64,000 bases of DNA, from NCBI RefSeq assembly GCF_009914755.1, contig NC_060928.1. The stretch is one strand, 5' to 3'. A model generated the notes under the pieces. The model searched no databases and was not told the DNA's origin. It saw only the letters and a list, made by a program, of their open reading frames with translations. This stretch comes from the human T2T-CHM13v2.0 reference genome, Homo sapiens. This document shows, piece by piece, positions 57,400-64,000 of the stretch. The stretch's first letter is position 1, and every line of letters begins with the position of its first letter. Both the position numbers and the translations under genes were made by a program.

Positions 57400-58225
57400 C
57401 ATTCATTTTCAGTATTTATTTCTAACAAATGCTTTAAGGCCGATTTTGATAATTTGTATCTTCATGATTTTTCCATTCACAATTTTTTTTTAAATTTCTG
57501 TTGAGATTTATTGTTGTTGTTAATTCTCATTTAATTAGAAGTATATTTCTAAGGAGTTGAACACTTCCTAATTATGTTTTGTGTGTGTGTCAGTTATTTT
57601 ATTTTAGCTTACTTCTACACTTTAAAAAAATCTTTGAAAGAATTTACCCTTTGAAATTAGTTAACAACTACTTTATAACCCAGCATTGGACAATATTGAT
57701 AAATGAATCACACACACATAAAAATAACTTGTTTTTTGTTATTGTTGGATACAATGTAACAGGCTTTTTTAACACATTGTGATAATTGTGCTGTCTACAT
57801 CTTTTATATCTTTACTGTTTTTCCTTTTGTTGTTGTTGTTCTATCAGTTTTTGCGAAATGTGTTAAAGCTTCCCAGTATGATTTTGGATATATCTATCTC
57901 TCATCTCCATTTTTATCTGTGCTCCTTTATTTATTTTTATTTTATTTTTTTTGCTTTATGTCCATTGATGCCTACTTTGGGTGTATATGGATTAGAAACG
58001 TTGTATCTTCACTGTGAATTAATCCTTTTATTGATATGACATACCCATTTTTATCTGTAATAATATATCTTGTTACAAAAAGTTACTTTGTCTGACAGTT
58101 AGTTATAATAGCTTTGTTTTAGTTGATATTTGCATGGCACGTATTTTTGCTTTCAATAGCTTTGTATCCTTATTTTGAAGATGTGTTTCTTTATAGCAGC
58201 ATACATTTGGCTTTTTTAAAATTAA
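57400..58225 (-). mobile_element. Old L1ME ORF2 5' (endonuclease-region) fragment, antisense
   Basis: tcttttatatctttactg...ttctatcagtt...gtgttaaagcttcccagtatgatt...tactttgtctgac...tttgcatggcacgtatttt. Confidence 0.7.
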
Positions 58226-58240
58226 TTCAGTGTTGATATA

Positions 58241-58485
58241 CAGTGTGAAACAAAAAGATTTCTGTGGGCATAGTTGGAAGACGTTATATTTCAACTTTGC
58301 TAGGAAATTTCTAATGTCCATTAGCATATTAACAGTGCTAAGAAGTTTTGCAGTAATAAAATCTATTTAGCTTTGTACAGCCCAGCATTTCCAAGAATTT
58401 CCTGGTGACAAGACCCTTTTATTTTGTAATATTGATTAAAGTGAAAAAACTGCTGTTCCAAATGGACACGCTGAGAAAATTTACA
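58241..58485. mobile_element. hAT-Charlie DNA transposon fragment (Charlie4-like)
   Basis: cattagcatattaacagtgctaagaagttttgcagtaa...ctttgtacagcccagcatttcc. Confidence 0.5.
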
Positions 58486-59158
58486 TTGTGTCTTTCCAGA
58501 CTCACTTAACTTTGCTTGCTGAACCTATTGGTCTCATTAACTGTCCAGTGGAACACAGAGGAACTAGGCAACATGTTCTACAACTGGTCCCTTCTATTCC
58601 TGGAATATTCTCCATTCTCAATAATGTTTTTCTTAGTTCTCAGAGTGCTCCACAGAGTTATCAACTCACATTGTGTACCATTATGTGTTAGGGCAATAGT
58701 CACTGCTATAAAAACCACTACTATCACCACCAACAAAAATAGCTAATGTGGCAGAAGTTAGTGTTTATGAGCATATAATACAAAACATGTTTTCTTGAGT
58801 AGTACATGGCTCTCTTCCAAGTGGATTCAAGGACCTAGAGTCCTTCAGTCTTGAAGCACTACTGTTGTTAGCACATGGCTTACTGGGTCACCCTGATTAT
58901 GTGCTTCAAGTAGGCTGAAGAGAAAGAATGAAAGTAGGAACACATATTAATCTTGATCCAGAAATAATAATGCTTTTGCTCCATTTCCCTTCATTATGTA
59001 AGATTTGGACAGACATAGTGGAGGGTAAATGCAAATTAAGAAAAATAATCAACAAATTGAAAAGCATGTTAGAGACTTGAAAGGATTGTAGTAAAACAGA
59101 ACTGCAGGTTACTGAAGTGAGGGGATGGGTAAGACTGACGAGATATAAGAAATTGACT

Positions 59159-59470
59159 GGCTGGGCGCGGTGGCTCACGCCTGTAACGCCTGTAATCCCA
59201 GCACTTTGGGAGGCCGAGGCGGGTGGATCACAAGGTCAGGAGATCGAGACCATCCCGGCTAACATGGTAAAACCCCGACTCTACTAAAAATACAAAAAAT
59301 TAGCCGGGCGTGGTGGCGGGCGCCTGTAGTCCCAGCTACTCGGGAGGCTGAGACAGGAGAATGGCGTGAACCCCGGGGGGCAGAGCCTGCAGTGAGCCGA
59401 GATTGCGCCACTGCACTCCAGCCTGGGTGACAGAGCGAGACTCCGTCTCAGAAAAAAAAAAAAAAAAAAA
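59159..59470 (+). mobile_element. Full-length AluY (Yh-like) with a 9-bp internal duplication
   Basis: gaacccccggggggcagagcctgcagtgagcc; acgcctgta repeated; TSD aaattga(c/t)t. Confidence 0.94.
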
Positions 59471-60544
59471 ATTGATTAAATCAAGCAATAGGTACTAAGG
59501 ACCAGGGAAGAGTTTTGAATTAGAAAGTAACATGATCAGAGCTGCATTAAAAAAAAAATTAATTTGATAACAGTATTTTACATGAATTGAAGCTAAGAGA
59601 AACGGAGACAAAGAAACGTCGTGGTGTCTGCTTAGTTTTTCTTAGGTGTCAACACTGTTCCAGACATTGTGATAGGAACTTTTGATTTATCAGTTAATCC
59701 CCATAATAATTCCAATAGGTAGACATTGTCTTTTTTTTTCTAATAATCATAGTATTAACAAACTAAATTGCCCAGAAGCACACAGGTAAATTATGCTGCT
59801 GATAGATAGTTAACTAGTTAAGATCTCATGACCAATGTCCAGTTAATACATAATTAAGCATCTACTGGCTGTAGTCAAATTGGGAATGGAAATAGGTGAA
59901 ATACATGATGAGACAAAGCAGACCTGGAAAAGAACAGGCTTGTCAGAACGGATTAGAATATGGTTTTTTAGTCTCCCTTCTCAAAGCTCTTTCCATTTTA
60001 CCAAACATCTCCTCAGCAACTGCCGGGGTCAGTTCCAGTCCTATTGCTTTATGATTCTTGAATTGAAAACAGATTTATGCCAGTTGAGTAGCAATTATTC
60101 AGAATTCATTTGGCCACCGAAATGTTCCTGCGGTCTGCAGGATTATGTTATGCTCATATAAGGAGCGATACATCAACACGGATGAACCACAAAGACAGGA
60201 AAATAAAATCAGATGGAAAAATGTAATAGCCCAGCTGTTTCAGGAAAATATCAGTTTTCTTTCTAAGGGTTTTCTTAGATATTTTTTTCAACATTGATAA
60301 GGCAAAAATTATTTTTGCTAGGATGTTCAGAAGACCAAAATCTATTTCTTGCTGTCTACTAATAAGGTTTGCCAGTAACACCTGCAGTGTCAGATAAAAG
60401 TCAGAATTTAAGTCAAACTATTTATACAATCCCCCGAAGATGAAGAATCAGGGGGTGATGTGTCTGTCGTAAAAGAATTAAAACTCTACTTCCCTCAGTA
60501 CTGTTTGAATAGAGATTCATAAACCCCATATATTTTACCTAATG

Positions 60545-60740
60545 ATAGTGCTTTACTATTCAAATAGCTTTTCGTCTTCATTCCTCTTCTAATCTTTCCA
60601 ATACACTTATGAGGTGTTAAGGCACATATCATACTCCCATTCTGGATGAGAAATAGCAAGTTTCAGAGGAGTTAAAATACTTGCCTCTCACAACATGTAT
60701 AATTGATGATGGAGAATGTGTATTAGTTCCTGCCTTACTC
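60545..60740 (-). mobile_element. MIR fragment
   Basis: tactcccattctggatgagaaa...cagaggagttaaaatacttgcc. Confidence 0.6.
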
Positions 60741-61007
60741 CTCTTAAGGAAAGGTTTTGTCATTTAATTGTCTGCTATCTATACCTTGCACCTTGTATCC
60801 TTGAGTGAGTTCCCTGCACTCTGGAATCTTGGTGGTCATAGAGTTCCCTAGTGCTAGGAATGTTGAGGATTTTACTAAGACTAAGGCAATACAGTAGTCC
60901 TGGGTAAGAGGTGAAGGGTGGCAATTGCAAGATGAAGAAGGATCTGAGTTTTAATCCATGCTCTATTTTCATGTAATCTTATTCATAATGCAGGGAAATG
61001 TGGCTTT

Positions 61008-61473
61008 GGTAGCTGGATAATGGCCCAGGTCCTAATTCCAGAAATCTGTGAGTGTAACCTTATATGGCAAAAAAAAAAAAAAAAGAAAAAAAAGTGCAGA
61101 CATGATTAAGCTAAAAATCTTAAGATGGGGAGCTTAGCCTGGATTAGCCAGGTGGGCCTTGATTTCAATTGCAGTGTTTTGAAGGAGGAAAATAAGATTG
61201 TCGAGAGAAGAAGGCAACATAAAAACTGAAGAAAATATTGTGTTGATGGCCTTGAAAATGGAGAAAGAACCCCAGAGCCAAGGAAAGCACAGTATGCAGT
61301 TCTTGAATCTGGAAAAGACAAAGAAACAGATTATCCCCTAAACATTAGGAGAGAGCATAGTCCTAATGACACCTTGATTTCAACTCAGTGCAACAGATTT
61401 TTGACATCTGACCTCTAAAAAATTTAAGATCATGCGTTGATGGTAATCTGTTATGACAGTAAGAAACCAATAC
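61008..61473 (+). mobile_element. MLT1D-like solo LTR
   Basis: accttatatggcaaaa..tgcagacatgattaag...cctggattagccaggtgggcc...ggtaatctgttatgacagtaagaaaccaataca. Confidence 0.85.
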
Positions 61474-62540
61474 AATGGTTTTTCAGGACTGTCATTGGAA
61501 TTAAATGACCTCTTGCAAGTAAATGCCAGGCAGAGTGCAGGTGCCAGACCTCACATTTTCATCTAGTCATATTTCTCTGCAAGATCTAGAACATAGCAGA
61601 GACTTTAGGTAAATATATTATCTTTATCACTATTTTCTCCCACAAAATTCTCTTTAATTTTCTACCCTTGAGAACTCATGTATCATAACAAACCTCAAAA
61701 GCTGCTTCTAATCTTCACTGAAAGATCCTAAAAGAAAATCAATCTCAGGTTGTCCAGTCTACATTTCTTTTGTTTGATCTATACTGATCTTATTAAACCT
61801 TCCAAAGACATGAGTAACTTTGAGGCCCTGTAGAACTCCCACAGAATTCTGAGTTGGAGAGGGAAAACTGCAAAAACAGAAACAGAACATTGGACTTCTC
61901 AGTTCCTCCTCCATCCTGATCCATGACATTAGCTAAATTTAATGCCTTGTCTATATTCACAACCCCTATCAGATACAATTTTCATAAGAATGGAACTACG
62001 CAAGATGGAATGAAGGAAGCTGGAAGAAATTTTGTGGCAACCCAGAGTGAGCAACACTTAGTACAATGTGGATGTTAGCAATACTCATCACTTCCCTCTT
62101 TCATATCTGCTTCCTACAAAACATCCAGATGAATACTATGAGAACCAGATAAAGACTATGAAGCTCAGTTAGTTTGAATTAGACTCTTTATCCTGCCATG
62201 CTATGCACTGTTCCATGCCAATAGAATTGGAATGTCGATGCCAATACCTCCCAAGATATTGTCCTTTTATGAATGGACATATTTCTTGGCATTCCTGTGC
62301 TGATGTGTATCAGTCTTGGAACATAATTTGTCAACTATGCTACCTCTGCTGCTATACCCTATCAAACAGAATGAATATGTTTTCAACAGTCTAATCCAAG
62401 TAAATTACCTGTGACCTTGACAGACTCTTTGGACACTGTATGTTGGGCAACTACCTTCTCTTGTCAGGATTAGTCTCTTTAATAGGATCAAGTTCCCTAG
62501 ACCCTTTTTTCATACTGTAAGCTTTCTCTGCCCTTCCACT

Positions 62541-62612
62541 TTTTTTTTTTTTTTTCCTGAGACAGTCTCACTCTGTTGTCCAGGTTCTAGTGCAGTGGTG
62601 TTATAATAGCTC
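62541..62612 (-). mobile_element. Alu/FLAM 3' fragment
   Basis: Poly-T followed by gagacagtctcactctgttgtccagg..agtgcagtgg. Confidence 0.75.
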
Positions 62613-63111
62613 TACCTTGTTTTTAACTAGCCTTCATGAGTTTTTTTATGCCTTATAATAATGCACCTGCTTCATTTTCCCAATTTGAAATCAGATCTTC
62701 TACCTTAATTTGTAATTCAAAATTTCATATTAGCAAAACTACCCTGGGATGCAGTTTGGGGAAAGATTGATTTTCATCTCAGTCTCTCTACTTGCTATCT
62801 ATGTAATATTGAACATAGTCTCTAAAATCACAAATTTAACAATTACCTCTGATATATTGTGATAAATAACAGCAGGCCCAATTTCTTTGGTGTATATTAT
62901 TAGAAAAATATGGAAAATTGTCTGTGCTCATGTTTTGTAAAGTCTAACAAATTTTAATGGGTGATAATCATTATTCCCTTCTACTACCAGAGAAATCCCA
63001 AATGGAATATTATTCCTAGAATAAAAACATTATATGATTCAACTAGATACACCTTCTCTGTCTTTTCCTTTGTCTCACTAAGTCACTGCTTCTCAAGTAC
63101 TACTTATTGCT

Positions 63112-63660
63112 TGTATTAGTCATGGTTCTCTAGAGGAATAGAACTAATAGGCTAGATGTGTATATGAAGGGGAGTTTATTAAGAAGTATTGACTCAAACA
63201 GTCACAAAGTGAAGTCCCACAATAGGCCATCTGCAAGCTGAGGAGCAAGGAAGCCACTTCGAGTCCCAAAACCTCAAAAGTAAGGAAACCGACAGCACAG
63301 CCTTCAGTCTGTGGCTGAAGGCCTGAGTGCCCCTGGCAAACCACTGGTGTAAGTCCAAGGGTCCAAAAGCTGAAGAACTTGGAGTCTGATGTTTGAGGGC
63401 AGGAAGCAGCCAGTACAGGAGAAAGATGAAGCCTGGAAGACTCAGCAAGTCAGCTTTTTCAACCTTCTTCTGCCTGCTCTATTCTAGCCCTGCTGACAGT
63501 GGATTAGATGGTGCCCACCCACAGTGAGGGTGGGTCTGCCTCTCCCATTCCAAGGACTCAAATGTTAATCTCCTTTGGGAACACCCTCACAGACACACCC
63601 AGGAATAATATTTTACACCTTTCAATCCAATCAAATTGACACTTAATATTAACCATACCA
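63112..63660 (-). mobile_element. MLT2A-type (HERV-L) solo LTR
   Basis: tgtattagtcatggttctctagagg...gtcccacaataggccatctgcaagctgaggagcaaggaagcc...ttcaatccaatcaaattgacacttaatattaacca. Confidence 0.9.
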
Positions 63661-64000
63661 TTGCTCATCACTAAAACTTGAACTCTTTTCTTAGAATAAA
63701 CTTCATTGAGAATGACTTATATTAGGGGTAGAGTTAGAACACTCATAGCTTTAAATCTTAATTATATGCTGTGTTTGCTATGGCAATACATAAAAAATGA
63801 CCCCAAAACCCTCTGACATTCTTCCCACTGAAATGTGAGTTCTATTAATTTCTCCCATTGCCACTGCTACTGCCTTGCATGCATAGACACATAATTTAAC
63901 CTGCTCAGCTTCTCCTACTCTGCTCAAGGTTGCCTACTTACAGAAAACCTCCTACCTGACTAGTCACTCCCCATCCCTTGAATATGAGATCCATGACTAC

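Overview
Gene-poor primate genomic DNA, very likely human: it holds a 5'-truncated AluYb8-type element with the diagnostic CAGTCCG duplication. No intact cellular protein-coding gene, tRNA or rRNA is evident. The ORF track is explained by Alu, L1, microsatellite and satellite sequence; the only recognisable protein is the C-terminal part of L1 ORF2p at about 28.7-29.9 kb. The dominant feature is a ~16-kb island (about 39361-55329) of divergent, monomeric, ~172-bp alpha satellite of ancient type, in one orientation and with no CENP-B box seen. It sits in ordinary interspersed-repeat-rich DNA, apparently splits an old L1ME element, and carries two AluY-type insertions with target-site duplications (TSDs). 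Its internal structure is a variant central domain flanked by two similar outer domains, plus fossil 3-, 5-, 7- and 8-monomer duplications. The rest is a layered record of transposons: a near-complete MLT1 MaLR element, MLT1/MLT2/LTR1 solo LTRs, a twin-primed inverted L1, L1PA, L1M, L2, MIR, MER58A and about 14 Alus or Alu fragments. All repeat family calls are by eye from remembered consensus motifs, not from a RepeatMasker run, and boundaries are approximate.
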